From Paraspadella gotoi (taxonomy: Eukaryota; Animalia; Chaetognatha), in NCBI GenBank assembly GCA_051294375.1, contig CM119264.1, positions 12,712,263-12,776,262 on the forward strand: a stretch of 64,000 bases of DNA. The letters run 5' to 3'. The position numbers and the translations under genes are program-made. Positions 28,301 to 43,689 of the stretch are shown piece after piece (within the stretch, counting starts at the first letter, position 1; the number at the start of each line of letters is the position of its first letter). The notes beneath the pieces are model-generated. The model worked only from the letters and a program-made list of their open reading frames with translations, was not told the DNA's origin and made no database searches.

Positions 28301-30055
28301 TTTATGGAAATTCAAATTTTAACTTCTCAGCTCAGAAAAGAACTTCTTGTGTAGCATGCTTTTTAGTATTAAAACATAATGTTAGAAAGAAGCAAATCAA
28401 TCAATGATATTTTGTTAAAGAATTTATGACACGTAAGCTCGGCTAATAAAAGCTATTATAAACTAAATTTAATTTTTTGTTGTTATTAAGTTATTGATTT
28501 TTTTAAAAGATAACTTTTTTTCGTTATTAAGATATTAGAACAAAAAACTCACATGCAATTAAAAACATTTGATTCTTAAAATTTATTACGATTTACGTTA
28601 CTTCGAGCATTTCTAAAAATATTTGAGCCAAAAGTGGTTCCTATATTGCAAATTGCAACGGGACCGTTTCAAAATCCATGACTGTAGCTCGGGTCCAGGT
28701 TTCAAAAACAAAATCGTTCCGTGTTTCCTCAGTGAGCGCCAACCGCTTTCAGTTTAAAAACTTATGCTATTATACGTAATAAAGAAAATGTTTCATTGAC
28801 GGAGAGCGCTCGTTCGAGGAGACATCGTGTTTTTGAGTCGATACTTTTTGGCTTTTTTCTTGGCGGCAGGTTTGGGCGGCGGAGGTGGCGTCGGTTCCTT
28901 GGGAGGCTCTGGTTCTTCTTCCTCCTCTTCAACCTCCTCCTGCTCCTCATAAACTTCGCTGTAAATACGTCGCAATTTATCACATTTAATCTCATATTCA
29001 CGATTTAGAACGAATCAAACGATAGAAAAGTATTTTAACAAATAATAATATGATGTTGATGATAATAAAGATAAAAGCAAAAAGAAAGGCGTGGATACTA
29101 TTTTCAACGAAACAGGAGAACAACCGGCGAAACCCTTAAATAACTATGCGCGTTATGCGAAAGCAGATGCGTAGTTTGGGGGATTGAAGATCAACATCAA
29201 ATTTTCTGAGTATGTAACCAAATTATGATAAGTTATAAACCTCTCACCCTAAAACGGTTCAGCCTAAAATACCAATAAACCCAAACCGGAACATGCTTAA
29301 TTTTTATTCCTAAGTATATTTTTTTTCTATGGACAATTTCGAGCTTAGGAGAGGGGAGGTTACGTCACAATACAGGACGAACGTAAATAGACACTAATCA
29401 AAACTGATTATATGATATTCAATACGACGGGAATATCTCTTTAATAATAACGCCACGAGATGTTTAATTCTGGTAGGCGATGAAAAATCGTTGCGGCGCA
29501 AAATTAAAAGAATTGGGTTATAAAAAAAATTCTCGCATGCTCAAGCAGTTTTAATGAGTTGAGAAGAATTAGTAACGAACGAGAAGTATCACTATCATGC
29601 AATATACCGTGCATGAAGTATAGAATTTAGCGCTGCCATACATCATATAACGTGGATATGTATATATCGAATCGAGCGCTATTGTCACTGAATGTATATT
29701 TAGTTTCTTCGAACTCCTTAAGTTAGAATAGAATTTAAAGTTGGAATATAAATTAGGTTCATTGAATATTTCTTAAATGATCGAAAATATTGTAAAAAAA
29801 ATTCAACCTTGAAACAATTTTTTTAAAAATATACAGGATTGAAGAACTTATCATACATTCGGACTTCCATGCAAATGCGACTGAGCTACTACTACGAAAT
29901 GCCAACGTAAAGTGCGATTTATTAACACTACTATTCATAGTTCTACTTTTTCTGGAAGTGCTATCATGCAGGGCGCGTTTTTATCAATTGAAATTCAAAC
30001 TTGATCCACTGAATTTTGAATGTGGTACTCACGTGGCAGCTTCTTCGTCAGCCAT
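19336..30055 (-). CDS. TnT: Troponin T-like protein with Ala/Pro/Glu-rich micro-exon N-terminus and two alternative 3' cassettes (stop at 20900 for A, 19336 for B)
   Basis: KSKEQLDIEKQNIILSRIVPFEIDGLDYNGLVERAKILHQIIWNLEANCYDHQQKFERQNYD-MMELAERARQMNR and PK(I/L)SLFSKYERQKDRR(S/T)xTERR match the invertebrate TnT C-terminal half. In-frame GT-AG exons: 30033-30055, 28845-28958, 28012-28095, 27689-27844, 26999-27022, 26457-26468, 26133-26174, 25506-25547, 24985-25128, 24720-24729, 24600-24620, 24284-24343, 23989-24069, 23668-23889, 23509-23549, 23246-23290, then cassette A or B. Confidence 0.85.
20276..20518. other. Long imperfect hairpin in the 3' UTR of troponin T cassette A
   Basis: Nested complementary blocks: GAGAC/GTCTC, AAAACCT/AGGTTTT, GGAAAGGGTT/AACCCTTTCC, TCCGA/TCGGA, TCCG/CGGA, GGAG/CTCC, CGTCG/CGACG, CCGCGT/ACGCGG, ATCC/GGAT, CGTTAG/CTAACG. 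Confidence 0.78.
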
Positions 30056-32666
30056 CGTTGTTTGGCCTCAAGGAACCGTGCTGTAAAAAAAGATCTTTCG
30101 TGAAATACAGAAGTTATTTATCTTTCTCCCCTCCTCTTTCTTTTTTTCTTTCTTTCTCTGTTCCTTTTTTAAAATTTATTTAATTTATTTTGTGGCGTCC
30201 ATATTATCATACTTTCAATTTAAAAAATAGCGGAGGGTAAAACCGAAAAAATTGGCTGCAGGTGGTAATTGCCGGATCTTCAGAGAGCATAGGATTGGTG
30301 CTCTCTCTCTCTCTTTCTCTCCCCCTCTCTCTCTCTTTCTCTCCCCCTCTCCCCCTCTCTCCCTATGTTCTCTAATCACATTCATTGCGAAGATCGAGTA
30401 TCGAGCAAACATCTAACTTCTGGCTCGAATACAATCTTCGCAGTCTTCATCGACAGCCTGGCGAGAGGGTGGTTGCCGCAAAAACCAAACTCATTTCAAG
30501 ATGAGGCATTTTCTCACTTTTTATCAAATTAGAAAGTGAATTTTGTTGGTTCGTTGACTGACGAATTGCCGAACAAAAACCGGCAAGTTCATGGTGTTGC
30601 GTCGTAGTGACTTTTTTGTGTGCATTTCGTACACGATTTCCCATATAATCCTGTGACTACACAAATACGAGTTGAAAAAATTTAAATCCAGTCGAAAAAA
30701 AAAGGGAAATTATACTTAACGGAGAACCAAATATTTATGAAAAAAAGATCCAAACAGTTTGAAATTGCTGGTGAAAAAATACAAATGTGTGTTTATGGCA
30801 ATCTGCCACCACGCCCTCAAAAACGACATATTGAAACAGTAAAAAAAGGCTGCAACAATCGACTTTGCTTCTTCGATTAAAATTAAACAGAGATTAAAGT
30901 CAAAGGATTTGTAATGGAAATTCCACGCCGCGTCTAATGTTTTCCTTCGTTTAAATCCAAAGAATCGACAGCGCGTTTTTTTTTTTCAAAAAATAGTTTA
31001 AAAAAAAATCAACCCGAATTTTCGTTTTTTATTTTAGCATCACATTTGAATTTGGTTTGAATTTTGCTCTAGAATGAGATCAGTATTAAATGAGTATATT
31101 ACTTAAGATAACCAACTCAGTCCAGTTTTGTCAAGTGGAGATATTTAACATAACTGTTCAAAAATACTTTTTCGTTATTTAGTAAAATTAAACTTTCGGA
31201 TCCCGTTTCATCAACCGCCTTGATTATTTTGGACTGTAGCCCAGTACTTTACATTTTCATATATAATATTTATTTTTATATAATAATTTCTTTTAAAATA
31301 ATTATCATCAGTTTGTAAGTTATACCCCGGTCGGCGAAAGTAAAATTTTACCATTAATAACTTGTAACGAATCATGCCAATTAAAAATTAAGTTTCAAGT
31401 TTATAGACAGTCGCATTCATACTAAATAATATACGTACCTAAAAGAGTATTTTAATCAGGACGGGTCCAAGTTGAACTGACTGGATGGAAGGCAGAAGTC
31501 CGATCCGAGTGAGGAGAAATGATGGACTCCAGGAGGAAGATAAGGAGGAAGAGGACGAGGAGGAAGATCGCGAGAGGGAGGAAGAGGAAGAAAGGCGAGG
31601 CGGGAAAGGGGGGGGTAAGGATCGAGTCATGAGGCAGAGAGCGCATTAGCATTTTTTGGGCTAGATCCTTGCGTCTGGGCCGGGAAGCCTGGGGTTCAAT
31701 GCTTATGTTTAATTTAAAAGATTATAATTTCTAAGGAGCAAACTTGTTACTAACATACTTTAAGTATTTTCCTTGGTTAAAATTTTCTTTCGTAACCACT
31801 AGCCAAGGTGTGATATAATTATTTCGTGATTTCTATAACTGAGACGACAACGACAACCAATATGACGAAGCTGATGAGGAAAATGCACGGGAAAGTCGGT
31901 GGTGGAGAGAGAGGAGAGAAAAGCCGGTGAGTGGCAGTGGTGAATGAGGGGGAGGGATGGGGAAAAAAAATGATTAGATAAACTTGAAAGAGCGAAAGAG
32001 CGAGAGAGAGTTGTTCAGCGAAAGATTTGGGGGGGGGTGATTTCAAGAGCGAATCAGCTTAAAATTTCGACGGAAGAAGTTCATCCGAAAAATCGGGCAA
32101 AGAGAAGTTGTAGCCTCTGAAATCGAAATGATTCGTATCGCGAGAAGTCGGGCTCGGGGCATTTTGGGTCCCGGCATGATGCACGCTAAATTTATAAAAG
32201 TGGTTTGGTTATAAGGCTTTTAGCGTTGAAATGACCAGAGCAATTTCAAAATCAAACTAAGTTTAGTATGAAAAAAAAAGTTATTTTCGCCTTCAATCAA
32301 CGGCTACTAAATTGAAAAAAAAAACTCGAGGTTTTGTTTTCGGTAAACTTTTCATTTGGTTTTTTTGAAAGAAAAAAGAAAAAGACGCAGAGGGCAGACT
32401 TTTTAGCTAAAATAGCTAAACTCTATATCACAATAAACAGGATTTAAGCAATACAATTTTTCTGTGTCGATTTCAGCCTAATAAATTAAAGTTAAAAACA
32501 CTGTAGCTAACAATAATTTCTGTATTAAAACATAAAAAGACAAACAAGAGAAAAATACATTTTAAGAATGATACACAGACGAGATAAAAGCTGATCCATT
32601 CGCAAAGTTCGAAAGAAAATAAATCAATTTCTCCTCGGAAAAATCCATATTCGTCAGATGAGACCT

Positions 32667-36463
<3,797 letters not shown>

Positions 36464-36479
36464 ATTTTGGGCTAAAAAG

Positions 36480-36960
36480 GGCGGACCAATAAGGAGGAAG
36501 GTCTCCAAGAAGTCAGTTATGATTGGTCGGAGCTTATGTGAAATGATAGTGTGATAGTGATAGTCATAGTTTGATTGACTGATTGAATCTGATTACAAAG
36601 TTTTGTTTACATGAACACGATATTTGAATCAACTGAATAACGCTTTCCCAAAAAATATCAGGATGGTTGCAGCAATTTCATGAGGTTTTTTTTTTGCTAT
36701 GTCCAGTATTTTCCCAAATCCTCTTTCATCTTTCATCACTTTTAGTAATTTTAAATTCAGTTTCCCACTAGTTACTAAATTAGGTTTTGAAATTTTGGTT
36801 TTCATAATAATGACCTCGCCCTCAGGGCGAATCAATCAGCGATCGAGCTTTCTTTCCTTTCGTCCAATCAGGTTTAGTTTTGTATCCGATTTCCCAAATC
36901 ATATGATTCGACGGCGACGACAACGACGGAGACCAAAATTTTATTCAACCTCATGTGATG
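36480..36960. promoter_or_regulatory. Putative bidirectional promoter (zinc-finger gene / prosaposin) with CCAAT boxes and an M-box-like TCATGTGA
   Basis: CCAAT near 36486 and 36864, ATTGG near 36522, and TCATGTGA at 36951-36958, between divergent ATGs at 36463 (-) and 37345 (+). Short motifs, so support is weak. Confidence 0.35.
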
Positions 36961-37344
36961 TTGGAATCAGCAGCAGACCTGCATGTCTGGAATCTCGATT
37001 CTCAAATCTGATTTTGGTTCAATTGACCTTATCATTTTTGTGGCTTTTAATCGGCCATTTTTCGAATATAATTTATTATATCACATCAATTCTCACTCTT
37101 TGATATTGTCGTCATGCAACTTTAGTGGGGATGTCCAATTAGTTCCTTCTCTATTTACAATTCCTTTTCGTTTGCTTTTAAATTCTGTCTGTTTTTATGA
37201 GTAATTGTGCCGCTTGATCATAATTTGATTTTACTATTTTTATTTCTTAAAAATCGATTCTACGTTTTTCACTTTCGTGACAATTTCGTGTTCGTTGTGT
37301 ATGGAGTTGAACTAACGATAATTTGATACCGACGCTCATTTATC

Positions 37345-40300
37345 ATGAAGTGGACCGCGCTGGTCGCTGTTCTCTTCGCCATTTTGGCGGGTAAGTTATA
37401 ATAATGTTGCTCAGGTTTTGTACTTAATTTACAATAATCGTTTCGATTACAGTCTCGCCCATTTCGGCCTTTATTTTCCGCCCATTTTACTGCGCACGAG
37501 GCCCTTCCTTTTACTGTCGGGACGAGGACACGGCCAAGTCATGTGCCGCCTTGGCCTATTGTGCTGCCAACTATTGGCCAAAGGAATCTGACGCTCACCA
37601 TATCAAGAAAAATGGTTTGATGAAATTTTTTTTTACATTTACATTTAATTAACTTTGAGTTCTCTTAGCAAATCCGAAAAACTTGTCCTTTCTACTGAAA
37701 TTCTAGATGAGGGAGATGTAATCTCGAACGATCCTTTCGACTTCATGACAAAAATGATGGATCAACTGAAGCCCGTAAGGAAGGCGGAGGCGTCTGGCGC
37801 CACCGACCCCTTCGACTTGATGAAGAAGATGATGAAGAACCAGATGAAAGAGATGGACTCTTTCATGAACGGGGCCATCGACGAGTCCTTCCGCGAGATG
37901 GATCGGGCCATGCGCGAAATGGATCCACGCGTGCGCACCGCCGTCGACGATCAGGAAGCGCCTTCCGTCGCCGTTGATAAAAAGGACGCTATCGGCGAGG
38001 ACGGCCCCATTTGTGAGGCTTGCATTAGCACCGCTCAAAAAATTCATGACAAAGTGTCTGACAAGAAACTGGAACAAGCACTGATTAAAAAAGTTACTTC
38101 TCTTTGCGCTTACTGTCCGGTTCGTGAAAAGTGCAACTCCACCCTTCGTAATTACATTCCGCAATTGTTCGCCGCCGTGAAACAGCTTACCGAGAATCCT
38201 AAGGTTTGACTCGGGAATTTTACAATTTCGGCTTGAATTAAAAGTCTAACTTAGTCTCTAATATTTGTTCATACGTACTTATTTATTTCAGGTTTTATGC
38301 GAAATGTATGGTCTTTGTTCGCCGAGTGAGGAAAGGAAATCTGAGCGTTTGCAGGTTCACAATTACGACTGTATTTAATAATATATATTGAAGAGACAGT
38401 AATTATTGATATGTGTTAATGACAGAACCGTTCAATATAAGCAGTCCCTGAGCTTCGGATCAGGCTGTAACACCATGTTACAGGCGGGTTAAGCGCCCCG
38501 TCCCTCTTAACTGCCAGACGACCACCGGGCTAGAACCCCGGACCTTTGGGTTGGGAGGCGAATGACTTGCCTCCTGCACCAATGGCCGCTGATGAACGGT
38601 TGGTGGACTTTAGTTCACCGTACGTTGATAAAAATATAATCCTCTTATTCCAGCTATCGAAGAGCGCCTGTTCCATCTGCAGTTCCAGCGCGAATCAGAT
38701 AAAAACGATCCTTCGACTTCCTGGCGCCGTTGATGTCGCCCCGAACTTTGTTTGTGGTCTATTTGGTCTCGAACAAAACAAGGTGAAAAATTCTTTTCTC
38801 AACAGTTTTGCGCACATTCATGTTAAGCATTTTGTTTTTCATTCTGTGCTAATTTTTAGGAATGCTTGGCTGTGATCAACTCCATGGCGAACCTCTTCCA
38901 TGTCCACGACGATCCTGCTCTTATTTGCTCGTCATCTTTCTGCTCTCACTCTCCCGTCGATTCTATTTTGGAAAAAGCGGATGAAGGCTTAGAGCAAGCT
39001 ACTGCGTCGGAGGAGGAGAAAACTCCGACCAAGATGGATGCCTCTGTGATGAAGAAACTGCCGAAGTGAGGAGGCAGGAGGAATTGCGTCGTTGAGGCTT
39101 CTAATGAAGTTATCAGTTTCTTAATTTCACAAACGTTTTGATTTTAGAGCTTGTAAAATATGCGTTATGCACACCGAGTGGTGGATCAAGTTCATGGAAA
39201 AGAAAATAATCCGCGACAAACCTCGAATGTTGTGGGGATGCAAGTTTGCCATTGACGCTGCTAAATGCAAAAAGGCCGTCGAGAACTACGTCAACTCTAC
39301 CTTGACAGCTCTGAAAAAAGCTTGTCCTTACAAGGTAACTTTGAACTAGAGTTTTCTCGGTCGCACCGTTAAGACCTGTCGAATTTTTATATGTGTCAGC
39401 GTGGGCTTACGATAATTTTGTGCGAAAGCTCCAACCTTCCGTCTTTGCTCCCTCCATTTGCATAGATTTGCGCCCATTTTGGCTATTGTCCTACCAACAC
39501 CACCTCAGTCGTCTCCGACGAAATATCAGTAGATGCTGTAGACGACAGCAGCGACACTTGTGACACATGTGTGCAAGTCGCCACGATGGTCAAGTCAAAA
39601 TTGTCTGACCCTACTACGCAGAAAGAAATCCAGATGGCCTTGGAGGCGCTCTGCAATAAAGCGGGGACCAGCATCGCGCAGGAGTGCGTCCAAGCGATTA
39701 AGATGTACCTACCGCAATTGTTCGATTTCGTGAAAACTATGAAACCCAAGGTGCTGAGTTAATTATTTTTGGTGTATATCGTCAGCAATCTATGATATAA
39801 AGTTATCACATTCAAATCATAATTGTTTCCCCTTTTTTGTATTTAGGAGCTGTGTCAGGAATTTGGATGGTGCCCCAAGACACAAATTGAGGTAATTGGG
39901 AAATGATAACCTAGGCCTAAACTAATTTGAGTATTATAAAAAAGAACTCCATGCTATTTCGAACTAGTTTCGAGGTTAATCTTTAAGGCGAAAGCTAGGT
40001 AACGTGATTTTTTTCTTGTTAAGCATCGCTGACGTTTTACAATCGTCACAGGTGATCTCTTTAACTTTTTCCCTTTCAGTTCCAGTCGCGCACTTGCTCT
40101 GCTTGCAGTTCAGGGGCTCACCAGCTGACGAACCTTCTTCGTCTTCCGACATTCGCCGAAGGGTTGCCGAAGACGGTTTGTAGATTCTTCGAGCCGATCG
40201 AAAATGAGGTGAGTTAGTTTTTTGCCCGTTTACTATTTCAATTTCCTTGTTTTTGTCTTAGCCTATTGACTTGTTGACCTGTTTATTTAGCTTCTATTAG

Positions 40301-43300
40301 GTATCTTTACATTTTTTTTCTTTTTAAAGGCCTGCGTGACGGCCGCGACGAGCATGCTGGCCATCTTTCAGCAACACTTCGACCCCGCCGTCATCTGCTC
40401 AGAAACTATCTGCTCGCCGACGGTCGAAGATAACGAAAAATGCGACGATCATGATATCGAAGCGTTAGAGGGCGGCTCGAACATGTCTCGAAAGACGTTG
40501 CCAAAGTAAGCTCTCGTTTCTGACGATAATGACGACGTCGAAGACGAACTATTTTCCTATTTAAACTTATTATAATGTATATATATTCTACTCGAGGCTC
40601 TGCAAGGCGTGCGTGGTTCGAACGGAAAAAGAAATTCTCGCGGCAATCAAATGGCTCCGCTGCAGCGCCGAAAAAAAATGGTCAAAGGGCTGCAGATTCG
40701 CTGCCGACAAGGATAAATGCAATAAGGCTGTCGAAAAGATGATCAATAACTTCATCAAGGGACTCAAAAAGACGTGCCCTTACATGGTAATTTTGTCGAT
40801 ATGTCGTTTTACATGTATATAGAAATCATTAACGTATTTTTACTATTATGAAACTACTCTTACTACTTTAACTCTCTTCCAAGGCCTGCGCTAAATTCGG
40901 ATTCTGCCCAGCCAAACCCCCGAAGGAAGACAAGGGATTCATCGTCGAAGAGGTCGACGTCATTTTCATCAATATGGGCGGTGACCAGAAAGAGAAAGGA
41001 GTCGAAAAAACGGAAAAAGCCGAATCGAAGGTCTTCTCGATGCCGATGATGAAGTTGGACGTTCGTTCGGTCGTAAAGTCCGTCCCAATGACTGACATCG
41101 GCCAACCGGCGAAGAAGATTCAGAAGGTTGGATATTTTTAATAATGCGAGTTTTTCTTTCATAGTAGTACTGTATTATTACTGCTCGACTCAACTTCTTT
41201 TTATTTCACTTCCCAATTTTATTTCTCCTTAAGTCTAAAAATTGTTTTTGAAAATTACCCTTTGCGCTTATCTATGAAAATAATAATCATTATTATCATG
41301 ATTATACCAATATATCTTCTTCAGACGGGACCCTCCGATTTGTGCGTATACTGCGAAGAGATAGTCAACTATATTAAGATCATACTGAGCAACCCGGAGG
41401 AAATCCAGTCTTTCAAGCTGGCGCTTTTGAAGATGTGTGACGAGACCGGGAGCGTGGTCGCTACGGTGAGAATTTTTAAAATGTATCGTATTTAAAACTT
41501 CCTGTCTTTACTATTTTTAGTTTTAATACCTCCAAAATATTTTTCTTTCGCTAAACATCTTTTCCCTGCTCAGGAAGTCTGCAAAGAAATTGTTAACGAA
41601 TTTTACGACCCGATTATCAAATACCTCGCCGAATTAAATACGAAGCAGACCTGTGTCTCTATGCATATGTGCAAGGCAACGCCTGGACTGCATGCACTGC
41701 TCTCCTCCCGACTGGCCGACACTAGCTGCTCAGCTTGCAGACGCCTGGCCGGTGAACACGTGCTTCCCAAAATCGCCTCGTTTGGCGGTCGGACAGAGTA
41801 TGCGATCACCGCTTGCCATCTTCTTGGTCTGGATGACCTCGCCTGTCATAAGAGTCTGACCGCCTACTTGGCGATGGCGGAGGCACACGGCGCAGCCGAT
41901 CGAGTTTGCGAGGCCGTGTGTCACGATGGAGTCACCAAGGTGTAACTTAATGAAGAATGATATTAGTCTGACAGCTACAATTTAAGATAGGAACGATGAC
42001 AAATAATAATAATAATAATACAATACAATATGAATAATAACAAATAAATATAAATGCTTGATATTAATAAATTTAATTTTTCTCATACATTGTTTACTTT
42101 CATGTTTGGGACAGGACTTTCAAGTCTGCATGGCACCCAACGCTCCTCCTTCAAAAGCGGCATCCACTCGGGTCGCCGCCAGTCCGCCGCCGCAGCCGTC
42201 CTCCTGCTCCCGGTGCGTCGAAGCCGTCGAGCAAGCCTTGGCTTCCGCCTCGGAGAAGTTAACTTGCCTCGAAGATCGCCTGACAAAAGCCTGTCAGAAC
42301 TTCCCTCCCTTGATGACGGAATGTACTGCCGCAGTACGAAAGTTGGTGGAAAAATTGAAAAAGATGTCTAAGACTTGGGACGCAAAGGATATCTGCGAAG
42401 CGTTGGGCGAATGCATTCCAAAGGAAGGGGGTAGTTTGGGAATCCCAATGAGTCTGGGAGTTAAAGGTTTGTTCGCTAAAAATTACATGCTCTTTCAAAC
42501 GATTGCAAGCAACGTTTAAAGAAATATTATTTTACTATTATATTTGATTATTTAATTTTCATAATTTTATTATCCCTCTCTCATTAAGGGGGTCGCGCTG
42601 CTCAACTGGCTACGCTCGCCGGCATTGGTCCCGTCATTCCCGACGGCGTCTTGGGCGGCATTCGGCGTCCTTCACCCGATGAGTTTCGAACCCCCGATGT
42701 CATCCAACCTGTTGCAACAGAACGGAAGCCCTCTGAATCCAAGATCCTCGTTGAAGATTTCCCCCGGAAAAGGAATCCCTCTCCTCGTTTCCAAGGCGTC
42801 CCTCGCGTTGTATCGATGAATTCCGAAACCGCGAAGGGAAAATACGACTTCCGATGTTCTATGTGCGAGTTTGTGGTGGACGAAGCGAGAAAGGCATTCA
42901 CGACGTCGATGGAGGCGGAGGCGTTAGCCACGCTTGTGAAAGGATGCCGTCAATTAGAAGGGGAGATGGAAAAAGAGTGCATGCAGTTCATGGAAATTAA
43001 TGTACAAAAAATAATGGACATGTGGATGAAAAAATTGACTTCGAAGGAGATTTGTCAGTTCGCAAAGGTAAGTGGTTTTGAGTAATTAAGGGTTTAAATC
43101 CAGCATGATTTATTTTCGAAAATGAAACAAATGACAATTTAAGAGACATCGCCAAATGAGAAAAAAAGATTCGCGTTTTAAGAAAAGTTTTCCCACAGGT
43201 CTGCCCTACTACAGTCCCAGAGGCATCTCCCCTTTCGGACGTGGAGTGCTACGCATGCGAATTCGCCTTTAAAACCGTCAAGTCGCTTTGGTCGTCTTCT

Positions 43301-43689
43301 GAACTTCCTTCTATCATTAATTCGACGTTGCACTCGATGTGCTTGAAGGCGCCGGAGGAGTTAGAGGAAGGATGCTTTTCGGTCGTCGATCAGGTTCTTT
43401 TTTGCCTTTTCATACCTCTCCTTTTTTCGTTCTCTGACCGCCTGTTATCCAAATATGCATCCAATTTCGTTCCACGCAGATCGACCCCGTCATCAACGCT
43501 ATGATGAGCCAACTCGAACCGGAAATGGTCTGCGCCACGCTGGGCGCGTGCTCGTCTCCGACACGCTCGGGCCTCTTAGGCGCGGGGCCCTGCGCCGGAT
43601 CTCCCTCGTCGTGGTGCAATGATTGGAAGCGGGCGATGAAGTGCGAGAGAGTCTCGTGGTGCAAGGCCAATGGGTGGGGCCGCAATTGA
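37345..43689 (+). CDS. PSAP: Prosaposin-like precursor: signal peptide, SapA, about 11 SapB domains, SapA
   Basis: MKWTALVAVLFAILA signal; N-terminal SapA CARGPSFYCRDEDTAKSCAALAYCAANYW; repeated CxxC...C...C...CxxxxxC units (ICEAC, ACSIC, ACKIC, TCDTC, TCSAC, LCKAC, LCVYC, SCSAC, SCSRC, RCSMC, ECYAC); C-terminal SapA LLGAGPCAGSPSSWCNDWKRAMKCERVSWCKANGW. Confidence 0.9.
38389..38589 (-). mobile_element. tRNA(Gly-CCC)-like-headed SINE, copy 2, antisense in a prosaposin intron
   Basis: Minus strand 38589-38518 reads GCGGCCA..TGGTGCAGGAGG (A box)..CTCCCAA..CCGGG GTTCTAG CCCGG (B box/T arm) TGGTCGT. The acceptor stem pairs but the anticodon stem does not. A non-tRNA body follows and is shared with 1-167. 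Confidence 0.8.

Noticed and set aside
38518-38589. Functional tRNA-Gly(CCC) gene
   Set aside because: The anticodon stem does not pair and there is no poly-T terminator. It runs into a body shared with a second dispersed copy, so it is a SINE head.
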